Shown here: piece by piece, positions 1 to 9,982 of the stretch
Layout: each line of letters starts with the position of its first letter
How positions within the stretch are numbered: position 1 is the first letter of the stretch
From: an uncultured Armatimonadetes bacterium
GTDB taxonomy: Bacteria > Armatimonadota > Hebobacteria > Hebobacterales > Hebobacteraceae
Direction: 5' to 3'
Assembly (NCBI GenBank): GCA_963716175.1
Contig: OY970296.1
Location: forward strand, 320,001 to 384,000
DNA length: 64,000 nucleotides
Program-made: the position numbers and the translations under genes
The notes under the pieces: generated by a model
The model's input: the letters and a program-made list of their open reading frames with translations, nothing else
Database searches by the model: none
What the model was told of the DNA's origin: nothing

Positions 1-2019
1 CTCAGCGCCGCGCCCGGCTGGGATTGCCTGGTGCTGCGGAAGATCCCCGCCAGCTCCCCCTCTCTGACCATGCTTCAGTCCAGCCTTCGGGATCAGGGCT
101 ACTGCTACCACCTCCATCAGAGCCTTCGTTGCCCCTATGTGCGCATAGACGGGGACTGGGAGGGTTTCCTGCAGTCCCGATCCGTGAAATTCCGCAAGAG
201 CTGTCGCAACAAGCTGAACCGCGTCCAGCGCAGCCATCGCATGGAGGTAGAGCACATCTGCGACTGGGCTCGCTTCACGTCGGTCTATGATGAGATCTGT
301 GAAGTCTCGTCCCGCAGCCGGCTGGTCGCTCGCCAGGCCGCCCTGGCGAGTCGGCCTGAGCGGGTTGGGTTCTACCGCCGCCTCGCCCAGCAAGCGGCCT
401 CTCGCGGCTGGCTCAGCGTCTGGACTCTGCGCTTCGACGGTCGCATGGTTGCCTACGAGTACCACCTCGCCGTCAATGGAGTGAACCACGGGCTGCTGGC
501 CGCATTCGACGACGACTTCGAGGCGCTGTCTCCAGGTTCTGTGCTCGACTATCACGTAGTGCGACAGCTTTTCCTCGATGGGCGCGCGGGATACGATCAA
601 GGCGGCTGGGAGGCTTTCTACAAACGAAGATGGACAGACCAGGCCCTGGAGCATGTGGACCTGATCGCGTTCCCACGGCGCTGCCGGGCGGCGTTGGCCA
701 ACCGGTGGGAGTACGGCATCGTGACCTGGCTGAGGGAGCGTCGCAACCAGCTGAGGCCCTCCTCGGGGTCGGATCATGCAGCTCGGTGGCTGGCCATCCG
801 GGAGAGCATATCCTGGGAGCCCTCTGAGGCCCCTCACCTGGAGCACGAGGATGAAGAAGGCGCGTGGGGCCCTGATCTGAACCCGTTCCACCTGGCCCGG
901 GATGGATGGCAGATGCTGCGCCGCGATCTGGCGCGGGACCTGAACTACTACCGTGTGCGGCCGACGAACCTGCTTCCCTTCCTGACTTACCGCTGCAGCT
1001 CGAGATGTCGCACCTGCAGCATGTGGCAGCGGCGGAGCGTGCTCCCAGAGCTCAGCCTCGCTCAGTGGCAGACGTTCCTCACCTCCCTTGCAGAGATACA
1101 GCCCAGATCACTGCGCCATGTAGAGTTCTTCGGGGGCGACGTGCTTCTGAGGCCCGATGTCTTGATGCCCCTGATCGAGCAGGCATCCGCCATCGGCCTG
1201 GACACCGCCGTCCCCCTCAATGGCATCCTTCTGGACGAGCGCATGGCCGCCCAGCTTGTGGCCAGTGGGGTCCATACCGTCTACCTCAGCGTGGATGGAG
1301 TGGGCGAAGTGCATGACCGCGTCCGCGGCGTGCCTGGCAACTTCGCGCTTCTTAGGCGCGGCCTGGCAGCATTGCGCGCGGCCCGCGGAGATCGCCGTTC
1401 CCCAGAGATCGTCGCCATCTGCACCGTCTCGCGCCTCAACGCGGACAGCTTCGAGCAGGTGCTTCCCTTCGCGGCCGAAGCGGGATGCGACAGACTTCAC
1501 TTTGAGTACGCGGGAGAATTCCCGGCCGAGGCCTGTGCGCGCTCGGTGCTCGACGGGCACCGGCCGGCCCCCTACTTCTCGAGTTCCAACGGCTCGGTGC
1601 TGGTGGAGGCGGCACAGGCCTATCGCATCAAGCGCGAGCTCTCGCTGATCCGGTCATCTCCTGCTCCCGGCAAGCTGTATGTCGCCACCACCAACATAGA
1701 CGTGCTTACTACGGAGCAGATGGTGCTGGGCCGCTTCGACGTACGCCAGTGCTATGTGGCCCGACTGATCGTCACCGTTGACCCCTTCGGGGGCGTGCTG
1801 GCCTGCCCGTTCTTCGACACCTACCTCCTGGGCAACATCCTCGAGCGACCACTCTCCGAGATCTGGAACGGACCGACGCACCGGCGGTTCCTGCAGGCAC
1901 AGCGGCGGGGGGAATTCCCCATCTGCCGCCACTGCATCATGAGCGTGGAGCGGAATCCCACCTTCGGGCAGAGAGTCGTGAAGCGATACCTGGCATGGCG
2001 GAAACTGGCGCGCAGTTGA
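1..2019 (+). CDS. GNAT (CelD/BcsL-like) acetyltransferase fused to a radical SAM/SPASM domain; 5'-partial
   Basis: Frame is open from base 1. N-terminal half has GNAT-like segments (WDCLVLRKIP, MVAYEY, LSPGSVL, YKRRW). C-terminal half has CxxxCxxC (CSSRCRTC), FFGGD, SVDG..HDRVRG and SPASM-like C..G.VLACP..LGNI..L.EIW..CRHC. Confidence 0.8.
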   Translation, partial: LSAAPGWDCLVLRKIPASSPSLTMLQSSLRDQGYCYHLHQSLRCPYVRIDGDWEGFLQSRSVKFRKSCRNKLNRVQRSHRMEVEHICDWARFTSVYDEICEVSSRSRLVARQAALASRPERVGFYRRLAQQAASRGWLSVWTLRFDGRMVAYEYHLAVNGVNHGLLAAFDDDFEALSPGSVLDYHVVRQLFLDGRAGYDQGGWEAFYKRRWTDQALEHVDLIAFPRRCRAALANRWEYGIVTWLRERRNQLRPSSGSDHAARWLAIRESISWEPSEAPHLEHEDEEGAWGPDLNPFHLARDGWQMLRRDLARDLNYYRVRPTNLLPFLTYRCSSRCRTCSMWQRRSVLPELSLAQWQTFLTSLAEIQPRSLRHVEFFGGDVLLRPDVLMPLIEQASAIGLDTAVPLNGILLDERMAAQLVASGVHTVYLSVDGVGEVHDRVRGVPGNFALLRRGLAALRAARGDRRSPEIVAICTVSRLNADSFEQVLPFAAEAGCDRLHFEYAGEFPAEACARSVLDGHRPAPYFSSSNGSVLVEAAQAYRIKRELSLIRSSPAPGKLYVATTNIDVLTTEQMVLGRFDVRQCYVARLIVTVDPFGGVLACPFFDTYLLGNILERPLSEIWNGPTHRRFLQAQRRGEFPICRHCIMSVERNPTFGQRVVKRYLAWRKLARS

Positions 2020-2690
2020 GCGGCCGGCCCCCGATCACGCGAATCAGGCGGGTGTGGCAGGAGGGAGGTCTGCCCGCTATCTACGGGTGCATTGCCGAAC
2101 GGGTGCTGCGGCACAATTCGGCAATTTGGCACGAGCGCCAGCTGGTCGGCGAGCTGCCCGCAGCGAAGGCGAAGCTGCCCGTGAGCATCATCCGCGACGA
2201 CCTTCGAGGGACGCTGGAATGGCTGTACCGCAGACCGCACGATCCGCGTGAACTTGGTCTGGCTCTTGCTGAGGGCCATCTGTCTCCCCGCGCCGAACTC
2301 AACGGCGCCTTGGTCGCCTATGTCAAGGCTGGCTGGGGTGCGGTCTGGGTCTCGGACTACCAGGGCTTTGTCAGTTTCCCACCCGAGGCCGCCTTCATCT
2401 ACGATACCTATGTAGAGCCAGCTCTCCGGCGCCAGGGAATCGGAAAAGCGATGGTCGCGGCCGTCATGAAGGAGCTGCAAGCGCGTGGGTTCGCGCGCGT
2501 GTTCTGCCACATCCCAGAATGGAATCGCGCCTCGCGCCATCTCTACGAGTCCGTCGGGTTCGTAGCACGAAGGAAGATCGTGTTCGCGCGGATTCTCGGG
2601 CTGCCTATCCTGTGGCCCCATCCGCGGATGCTGTGGCGGCACCCGCCTTCGTCTACGGAGCATCCGACATCAGGTCACAGCCGATCATGA
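1995..2690 (+). CDS. GNAT family N-acetyltransferase
   Basis: IYDTYVEPALRRQGIGKAM acetyl-CoA-binding motif and N.AS..LYE.VGF. Confidence 0.8.
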   Translation: MAETGAQLSGRPPITRIRRVWQEGGLPAIYGCIAERVLRHNSAIWHERQLVGELPAAKAKLPVSIIRDDLRGTLEWLYRRPHDPRELGLALAEGHLSPRAELNGALVAYVKAGWGAVWVSDYQGFVSFPPEAAFIYDTYVEPALRRQGIGKAMVAAVMKELQARGFARVFCHIPEWNRASRHLYESVGFVARRKIVFARILGLPILWPHPRMLWRHPPSSTEHPTSGHSRS

Positions 2691-2742
2691 GCGACAGGGT
2701 CCAGCAGAAGGCAGATGCGAGCCATTACAGGATTGCAGTGCC

Positions 2743-3867
2743 GTGACATACCGGCTCCTCGACTGGCTGGCTTGCCCTAGGAACTCCTGCTTCCCCCTCA
2801 AGATCACCGCCGCGATCGAGAGGCAGCTTCCCGCCTGTTCAGCCGGGAGAAGCCCCATCCGATGCGATGCCTACTGCGGCCGGCGACAAGCGCCAGTGGA
2901 TGATATCCCCGCGGAAGAATGCCTGGCCTGCGCAACTGTAGAGGTGGTGGAGGGTGAGATTCGGTGCGAGTGCTGCGGCGCGATCTCCACCTTGACTGAC
3001 GGCATCCCGGACATGCTGCCTCCAGAGCTGGCCGCGGCAGCTAGACTGGGAGCAGCCGCATCTGCGCCGCGCGGCCTCAGGGACAAGGCCAGCGAGATGG
3101 CGGCAAGAGACCAGCAGGCGGCAAGCTACAATAGCAGGCGCAACCCATTCGATAGGGAAGCCGAACTGGGAGTGCTCCTGAGGTCACTCGATGTCCGGCC
3201 CAGAGACCGGATCCTCGACGGCGGGGCGGGAACCGGGTTTGTCACCCTTGCCTGCGTAGCGCGAAATGTAGAGCTGGCAGCGGTAGACTTCTCCCGGGAA
3301 TCGCTGAAGATGCTGCGGAGCGCCATCCCGTTGCCGCTACTCTCTCAGACCCATCTCGTGCAAGCGGACCTCACTAGGCTGCCCTTTCGCGACGGTATCT
3401 TCGACAAGGCGGTGCAGGCCCAGGTGCTGGAGCATCTGCCCACAGCAGAAGACCGAGATGCCGCCGTGTCTGAGACCAAGCGGGTGCTTACGCGGGGCGG
3501 CCGGTTCGTGCTCTCCGCCTACAACTTCTCCCTATGGAAGAAGCGGTCGGCCGCCAGGGGCGAAGTGCACTTCGCTCAGCGAGAAGGTTACCATGGCGGG
3601 CGGATCTACTACCGGAACTTCGAAGCCGCGGAGCTCCGCGCTCTGCTGTCGCAGCACTTCCAGGTCAGGAGCATCCGCGGTGTCATCAATGAGCTCCCGG
3701 AGGATCTTCAATACCGGCTGAGACCATTCGGGCTCTTGGTGGAAAGGGGATTGCAGATGACGGCGCTGTCTGTCCACCTGGGCCGTCTGCTCGTTGCCAG
3801 CTGTCGTCGCGAGGGCCAGCCGCCCACCCCAAATCAGGGCTCAAGCAGTCCTCGGCCGGCAGCGTGA
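2743..3867 (+). CDS. Trm112-like Cys-rich domain fused to a class I SAM-dependent methyltransferase
   Basis: LLDWLACP...EGEIRCECCG...DGIPDML (Trm112-like), then ILDGGAGTG, ADLTRLPFRDGIFD, VLEHL, RVLTRGG. Confidence 0.8.
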   Translation: MTYRLLDWLACPRNSCFPLKITAAIERQLPACSAGRSPIRCDAYCGRRQAPVDDIPAEECLACATVEVVEGEIRCECCGAISTLTDGIPDMLPPELAAAARLGAAASAPRGLRDKASEMAARDQQAASYNSRRNPFDREAELGVLLRSLDVRPRDRILDGGAGTGFVTLACVARNVELAAVDFSRESLKMLRSAIPLPLLSQTHLVQADLTRLPFRDGIFDKAVQAQVLEHLPTAEDRDAAVSETKRVLTRGGRFVLSAYNFSLWKKRSAARGEVHFAQREGYHGGRIYYRNFEAAELRALLSQHFQVRSIRGVINELPEDLQYRLRPFGLLVERGLQMTALSVHLGRLLVASCRREGQPPTPNQGSSSPRPAA

Positions 3868-3898
3868 TCTGCTGACTGGCCCAGCGCAGCCTGCCCAC

Positions 3899-5119
3899 CT
3901 AGTCCACAGGCCCAAAGCTAGAGCGCAGTATCCGCAGCAGCTCCCTTACAGCCTTCCGCCTGAGGACAGAACGCGGGACGCATCTCGCCAGCCGACTTGC
4001 GACCGAACGGCGCAGTCGCCCGTGCTCGGTTGCGGGGCCTGATGTGTCGCGGTAGCGATCTTCGGCTGTCCGCCGAGCAAGAGTAGCAGGCGAGACTCGC
4101 TGTGCCGCGCTCTGTTGCAGCAGCCGCGTCACCATCCCACCGAACTCCTCTATGCACAGTTGGCGCACTCGGGGCAATGTCACAGCGAGATGCCCCAAGC
4201 GCGTCCCGATGACCCCACCCGAGTTGCAGATGAAGTCCGGTAGCACCGGGATTCCTCTCGCCATAAGGGCAGCCTCGGCAGCATCAGCGCAGGGCGCGTT
4301 GGCAGCCGGGACCACAGCCCTAGCCCTAAGAGCCTTTGCCGTCGCCTCGTTCACCGAGCCCACCCGCGCGGCGGGCACGAGAATATCGAATGAGGCCTGG
4401 AACAGATGCTCCTTGGGGACGCACTCCCAGTCGCCGGGCTGATTCACGAACGCGTCTCCATGCCGGCTCCTCGCTGCCAGCAGCGCCTCCAGATCGAGAC
4501 CTGTTTCCTTGACGACCGCGCCTCGCACGGTAGAGGCGGCGGTGATCCGGCCGCCCCAGGCGCCTAGCTCACGCGCCAGGTGGATGCCAACCCGGCCCAT
4601 GCCCTCGATGCCCACCGCGCAAGCCTCTGGGCCGAGGTCCAGCCACGCTGCGGCCGCTTTGACCGCTCCGAACACGGTCAGCGCCGTATAGTAGGAGCTA
4701 TCCGCGATGCCAGCGAACGGCACACCGGCTCCCTGGTAGATCGCCTCAATATCGCCGGGGCCGCAGTTGAGGTCGGTCCAGGGGTAGTAGATGCCGGCTC
4801 TCAGCAGGGGCGCGCAGTGCCTGCCAAAGGAGGCGAATATGGCTCTGCGCTGCTCCTGCGACACTTCCTCAGGCAGGACAACTCCCGCCTTTGCCCCACC
4901 TGATCGGCACTGCCAGAATGCGTACTTATACGTCATCACGCGGGCAAGCTGCTCCACCTCCGCGACAGTCACATCGGCGGCCGCCCGCACGCCACCCGTT
5001 GCGCTGCCGCGCCATACCGAGTGGACTACGACGAAACCGCGCATCCCCGTGTCGGCATCAGCGCACTGGACGGTGAGAAGTGGGTCTGGCGGAATCACCC
5101 CGTCCGCTCCTCTTGGCAA
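3899..5119 (-). CDS. Glu/Leu/Phe/Val dehydrogenase family protein
   Basis: GGVR, LARVMTYK, GGAKAG, GIEGMGRVG, PAANAP, PDFICNSGGVI. Confidence 0.85.
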   Translation of the reverse strand: MPRGADGVIPPDPLLTVQCADADTGMRGFVVVHSVWRGSATGGVRAAADVTVAEVEQLARVMTYKYAFWQCRSGGAKAGVVLPEEVSQEQRRAIFASFGRHCAPLLRAGIYYPWTDLNCGPGDIEAIYQGAGVPFAGIADSSYYTALTVFGAVKAAAAWLDLGPEACAVGIEGMGRVGIHLARELGAWGGRITAASTVRGAVVKETGLDLEALLAARSRHGDAFVNQPGDWECVPKEHLFQASFDILVPAARVGSVNEATAKALRARAVVPAANAPCADAAEAALMARGIPVLPDFICNSGGVIGTRLGHLAVTLPRVRQLCIEEFGGMVTRLLQQSAAQRVSPATLARRTAEDRYRDTSGPATEHGRLRRSVASRLARCVPRSVLRRKAVRELLRILRSSFGPVD

Positions 5120-5445
5120 GTCCTCACGTTAGCAGTACCACCTGCGACTCCGGAATCGAACGACTCAAGGTAACCCGGCTCACCGAACTGGCCCTTCGCC
5201 TTCTGTGATACCATCCGGGCCCTGCTGGGTCAAGGGGACTACGCGATGCGCGCGAGGAGGGCCAGCTCCGCTCATCATGCCGATGCTAGGCAGCAGCCCG
5301 GTGCGGATCGAAGCGCGGTCAGCCACTTTCCGCCCAGACCAGCTCAAAACGCGTGGGCCAGACGCAGCCATCCTTCGCAGCCGAGGCGGCTCCAGTAGCC
5401 TTGGGCAAGGCGGCTACCTACCCCTCCTGCCACACCGGCCCCTGG

Positions 5446-6774
5446 CTACATAGACAGGTGGAAGGTGCGGGACAGGTACACCGCGAGCTGGTCTCGAGTG
5501 CAGGTATTCGCGGGGTAGTAGAGACCATCGGGATAGCCCGAGGTCACGCCCTTGGCCGCCACGTACTCCACGTGTTTGTAGCACCACGACCAGGTGTTGG
5601 TCGGCGTCACGTCTGCAAAGGTCGGGGTCTCGGGCGGGGTGTAGGTATTGAGCCCTTGTTCTCCCAACGGGCTGGCAAGGCATCGGGCCAAGAATACGGC
5701 CATCTGGGCTCGATTCACCAGCGTAGTGGGATGGAACTTGCCGTCAGGATATCCGAGGATGATGCCGTACCCGTACTCGTACTCCACGTATTTGAAGGCC
5801 CAGTAGTCACTGGGCACGTCCGGGAAAGTCGCCCCACCAGATGCCTCCGGCACGTTCCGCTCGCCGTCTGCGATAGCGCGGGCGAGGTACACGGCTATCT
5901 GGTCGCGGGTAATGCCCTCCAGAGGCCGGTAGCTGCCCTCCGGGTATCCGAGCACCAGATCCGCCTTCAGGCAGCCCATGATCCCACCATAGGCCCAATA
6001 ATCCCGGGGCACGTCCGTGAATCCCGAGACCACGTAGCGCGGCTCGGTCTTGCTCCCGGTTCCCGCCGTGTTGCTGGCCCATAAGGTCACGGTGTACGCA
6101 CCCGGTCGGGTGTAGACATGGCCGGGATTCTGCTCTAGGCTTGTGCCTCCATCCCCGAAGTTCCACTCCCAAGAGGTCGGATTGCCGCTGCTCAGGTCAG
6201 TGAACGCGACTGTGAGCGGAGTCTGGCCGTCCGTGGGGTCCGCGCCAAAGGCGGCGTTCGGAGGTGATTCGGACACCGTGATGCACGCATCCCGCCAGAT
6301 GGTGGCGGCCCCTGCCCCATTGTGAACGGTAAGCCCTACCGGGTAGGTGCCGCCCCGGGTGTAGACGTGGCTCGGGTTCTGCTCTACGCTCGTCTGCCCG
6401 TCCCCGAAGTCCCACAGCCAAGCTACCGGGCTGCCGTTGGATAGATCGGTGAAGTTGACTGTCAGCGGCACCATCCCGCTCGTCGGAGAGGCTGCGAAGT
6501 TAACCGTGAACGAGGACACCTGAAACTCCACCAGGTTCGACACCACGAGGTTGCCATCAGCGATAGCAACCGCCTGGTTGGTTATCACAGTGCCTGCGGG
6601 CGTGGACGCTGCCACTGGGGCAAGAGCAAGAAACACCAGCAGCAGCCCAAACACTGCAGCGGCAAGGCGAGAGCCCAGCCGCATCCCACGTGTTCGATTC
6701 TCCCCTGTCGCCCGACACAGCAACACCGGCACAGCCTGTGTCGCTTTCCGCATCAGCTTACCCCGCATTCCCAT
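5446..6774 (-). CDS. Secreted surface protein with 2 PKD domains and 3 C-terminal SLH domains
   Basis: Signal-like segment; two WxWxFGDG..S.EQNP.HVY PKD units; FTDVP..YWAY / GYPDG / TRDQ SLH repeats. True start is probably downstream of 6774. Confidence 0.85.
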   Translation of the reverse strand: MGMRGKLMRKATQAVPVLLCRATGENRTRGMRLGSRLAAAVFGLLLVFLALAPVAASTPAGTVITNQAVAIADGNLVVSNLVEFQVSSFTVNFAASPTSGMVPLTVNFTDLSNGSPVAWLWDFGDGQTSVEQNPSHVYTRGGTYPVGLTVHNGAGAATIWRDACITVSESPPNAAFGADPTDGQTPLTVAFTDLSSGNPTSWEWNFGDGGTSLEQNPGHVYTRPGAYTVTLWASNTAGTGSKTEPRYVVSGFTDVPRDYWAYGGIMGCLKADLVLGYPEGSYRPLEGITRDQIAVYLARAIADGERNVPEASGGATFPDVPSDYWAFKYVEYEYGYGIILGYPDGKFHPTTLVNRAQMAVFLARCLASPLGEQGLNTYTPPETPTFADVTPTNTWSWCYKHVEYVAAKGVTSGYPDGLYYPANTCTRDQLAVYLSRTFHLSM

Positions 6775-7270
6775 CGCGCCCCCGAGCGAAAGCCGCGACC
6801 CGCTGCCCTTCGGCTCGCCGCCACCGCGACAAGAGCGACATCACACTGGCTCAGCAGCAAGGCGGCGAGTGCGCCGCACCTCCGCGTCTGCACCCGACCC
6901 TATCGCGCACGCCGTCCGCCCCGAGCCACTTTGCAGTCTAGGCGCTGCTTCCAGAGTCGTCAACAGATAGGAGGTCGCACGCCTACCAGACAGGCCGTGG
7001 CTCGGTCACGCTCCGTAACCGCAAATCCCGGCTCGCGCACGCAGGTAGCACCACGGATCCGGCTCCCGTCCCCGGCCGGCGACCACTACCTCATGTATAC
7101 CACGCTGGCACCGGCAGGTCAAACGTGGGTCGCCTCTAGCTGCGACCCGGAGGGCTGGACTCCTCGGGATTACGCCAGTCTGCGGCCACTCCCACGTGTG
7201 GCGGCGAAACTGCGGAGGCGCAGCAGAGCCGCTGCGCCTCCGCGCTAACGCCCGTTGCCTTCGAATCGCT

Positions 7271-9982
7271 CTACAGCGGCAGCTGAAACGCTCTAACCAG
7301 ATAGACTGCCACCTGATCGCGGCTCAGGGTATCCCCCGGGTGGTATCGTCCATCCGCATAGCCGAATGCGACGCGCTGCGACACCAGATACTCCACGTGT
7401 TTGTAGCACCAGGACCACCAGTTGGTCAGCGTCACATCGCGGAAGGTCGGCCTCGCCGGCGGCACGTAGCTCTTCAGCCCCTCCTCACCGGTCGGACTGA
7501 CGAGAGACCGAGCGAAGAACACCGCCGCTTCCCCACGGTTGACCTGCCCGTTCGGCCGGTACGTGCGGTTGGGGTAGCCCAGTATGATGTTGGCGCCCTT
7601 GATGTACTCGATGTACCGGTAGGCCCAGTAATCGGGCGATACGTCGGAGAACGATGGCCGACTGGGGCCGGCTGGCACGTTGGCATCGCCACCTGTCAGA
7701 GCCCGGGCGAGATAGACGGCCATCTGGTCGCGAGTCACCTTCCAGGTAGGGCGGAATCTGCCATCGAGATATCCCGCGATGATGCCCGCTCTCACACAGG
7801 CCAGGATCTCCCTGTAGGCCCAGTAGCTGGGTGGCGTATCGGAGAATGCCACCACCACAAAGGCGACCTTCGTCTGGGTTACGGATCCGGTCTCGGTGGT
7901 CACCGTAAGGGAAACTGTGTAACCCCCTCCGGTCCGGTAGACGTGGACTGGGTTCTCCTCCTCGCTGGTCTGGCCATCCCCAAACTCCCAGTGCCACGAT
8001 GCCGACGGCGCGGCGGAACTCATCCCCATCGCAGAGGCGGGACTGGCGACAGTGGATTCGTCCGTGAAGGTCACTGTCAGCGGGGGTGATCCGCTGGTCG
8101 GACTCGCCGTGAAATCCACGATCGGAGCCGGAGCCGCCGATACGCTGATGCATCCAGCCCAAGTGAGCGTGTCGGAGCCGCTTGCATTGGAGGCGGTCAG
8201 GCTCACCGTGTAGGTCCCCGCGCTGGCGTAGACATGGCTCGGGTTCTGTGCCGTCGAAGTGGCCCCATCGCCGAAGTCCCACCGCCACGACGTGGGCTGG
8301 CCTGCGGACTGGTCTGTGAAGCTCACCGTCAGCGGCGGCACCCCACTCGCGGGAGAAGCGCTGAACCCAGCCACTGGAGCGGCCACGGAGACCGAAATGT
8401 AGCTGGCCTTGGTCGCGGTGTTCGACCCGCCGGCATTGGAGGCGGTCAGGCTCACCGTGTAGGTCCCCGCGCTGGCGTAGACATGGCTCGGGTTCTGTGC
8501 CGTGGAAGTAGCGCCATCGCCAAAGTCCCATCGCCACGCACTGGGCTGGCCTGTGGACTGGTCTGTGAAGCTCACTGTCAGCGGTGGCACCCCACTCGTG
8601 GGAGACGCGCTGAACCCAGCCACCGGAGCGGCCACGGAGACCGAAATGTAGCTGGCCTTGGTCGCGGTGTTCGACCCGCCGGCATTGGAGGCGGTCAGGC
8701 TCACCGTGTAGGTCCCCGCGCCGGCGTAGACGTGGCTCGGGTTCTGTGCCGTGGAAGTAGCGCCATCGCCAAAGTCCCATCGCCACGCACTGGGCTGGCC
8801 TGTGGACTGGTCTGTGAAGCTCACCGTCAGCGGCGCCACCCCACTCGTGGGAGACGCGCTGAACCCAGCCACCGGAGCGGCCACGGAGACCGAAATGTAG
8901 CCGGCCTTGGTCGCGGTGTTCGACCCGCCGGCATTGGAGGCGGTCAGGCTCACCGTGTAGGTCCCCGCGCTGGCGTAGACATGGCTCGGGTTCTGTGCCG
9001 TGGAAGTAGCGCCATCGCCAAAGTCCCATCGCCACGCACTGGGCTGGCCTGTGGACTGGTCTGTGAAGCTCACTGTCAGCGGTGGCACCCCACTCGTGGG
9101 AGACGCGCTGAACCCAGCCACCGGAGCGGCCACGGAGACCGAAATGTAGCTGGCCTTGGTCGCGGTGTTCGACCCGCCGGCATTGGAGGCGGTCAGGCTC
9201 ACCGTGTAGGTCCCCGCGCCGGCGTAGACGTGGCTCGGGTTCTGTGCCGTGGAAGTAGCGCCATCGCCAAAGTCCCATCGCCACGCACTGGGCTGGCCTG
9301 TGGACTGGTCTGTGAAGCTCACCGTCAGCGGCGCCACCCCACTCGTGGGAGACGCGCTGAACCCAGCCACCGGAGGCGATACTGCAACTGTCTGGTAACT
9401 GGCGCTAGCCGACAGTGCAGGGTCGAAGCCTGAGGTGACAGTCAGAGTCTCGGCATCAGCACCCGCGGCTCCCGCGGGGATGATCACGGCCACCAGACAC
9501 GCTAGCTGCGTCCCGGCCGGCAATGAACCCGTGTCTGTGATCACCGTCATCTCGCTTGGCTCATGCAGGCCGTCTGCATTGTCATCGCGATAGACGGTGA
9601 CAGAGAACCCACCCGCGGAGACCGCTCTCAGCTGGAAGGTGTCTGTGCCATTGCCCGTGTTGGTGACCCTGGTGGCGTAGTAGACGGCCTGTCCCGGGGC
9701 GCCCGTGGCTGTCGCGACCGCTGGTGCCACATCAACCCCTGCCACCTGTGCGACTGTGAACTGCACCGGATTCGACGAGACCGTGCCACCCCCATAGCTA
9801 CCGCTAGCAGCATTAATCACGACCGTATCTGCTGGAGTGGCGGCGAGAACCGGGGCTGTTGATGAGAGCAGTAGAACTAAGAGAAGCGCCGCCCAGAAGC
9901 TGGCACGACGCAGCCTGCGATTAGTAGTTGCACTCCCGGTCTGCCGCCTTGGTCCGAGATACGCCCACCCTGTTCCTCCCAT
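7271..9982 (-). CDS. Secreted surface protein with an N-terminal Ig-like region, 6 PKD domains and 3 SLH domains
   Basis: Signal peptide, TNTGNGTDTF Ig-like motif, repeated WRWDFGDG..STAQNPSHVY, SLH motifs paralogous to the neighbouring gene. Confidence 0.9.
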   Translation of the reverse strand: MGGTGWAYLGPRRQTGSATTNRRLRRASFWAALLLVLLLSSTAPVLAATPADTVVINAASGSYGGGTVSSNPVQFTVAQVAGVDVAPAVATATGAPGQAVYYATRVTNTGNGTDTFQLRAVSAGGFSVTVYRDDNADGLHEPSEMTVITDTGSLPAGTQLACLVAVIIPAGAAGADAETLTVTSGFDPALSASASYQTVAVSPPVAGFSASPTSGVAPLTVSFTDQSTGQPSAWRWDFGDGATSTAQNPSHVYAGAGTYTVSLTASNAGGSNTATKASYISVSVAAPVAGFSASPTSGVPPLTVSFTDQSTGQPSAWRWDFGDGATSTAQNPSHVYASAGTYTVSLTASNAGGSNTATKAGYISVSVAAPVAGFSASPTSGVAPLTVSFTDQSTGQPSAWRWDFGDGATSTAQNPSHVYAGAGTYTVSLTASNAGGSNTATKASYISVSVAAPVAGFSASPTSGVPPLTVSFTDQSTGQPSAWRWDFGDGATSTAQNPSHVYASAGTYTVSLTASNAGGSNTATKASYISVSVAAPVAGFSASPASGVPPLTVSFTDQSAGQPTSWRWDFGDGATSTAQNPSHVYASAGTYTVSLTASNASGSDTLTWAGCISVSAAPAPIVDFTASPTSGSPPLTVTFTDESTVASPASAMGMSSAAPSASWHWEFGDGQTSEEENPVHVYRTGGGYTVSLTVTTETGSVTQTKVAFVVVAFSDTPPSYWAYREILACVRAGIIAGYLDGRFRPTWKVTRDQMAVYLARALTGGDANVPAGPSRPSFSDVSPDYWAYRYIEYIKGANIILGYPNRTYRPNGQVNRGEAAVFFARSLVSPTGEEGLKSYVPPARPTFRDVTLTNWWSWCYKHVEYLVSQRVAFGYADGRYHPGDTLSRDQVAVYLVRAFQLPL
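8185..9374. repeat. 249-bp intragenic tandem repeat (~5 PKD units)
   Basis: ACCGAAATGT recurs at 8391, 8640, 8889 and 9138 (period 249); the units are almost identical. Confidence 0.95.

Noticed and set aside
8185-9374. CRISPR array
   Set aside because: Long coding tandem units with no unique spacers and no cas genes.
7485-9433. Long alternative-frame ORFs (599 aa and 399 aa) over the PKD gene
   Set aside because: Shadows of the 249-bp in-frame repeat in GC-rich DNA.
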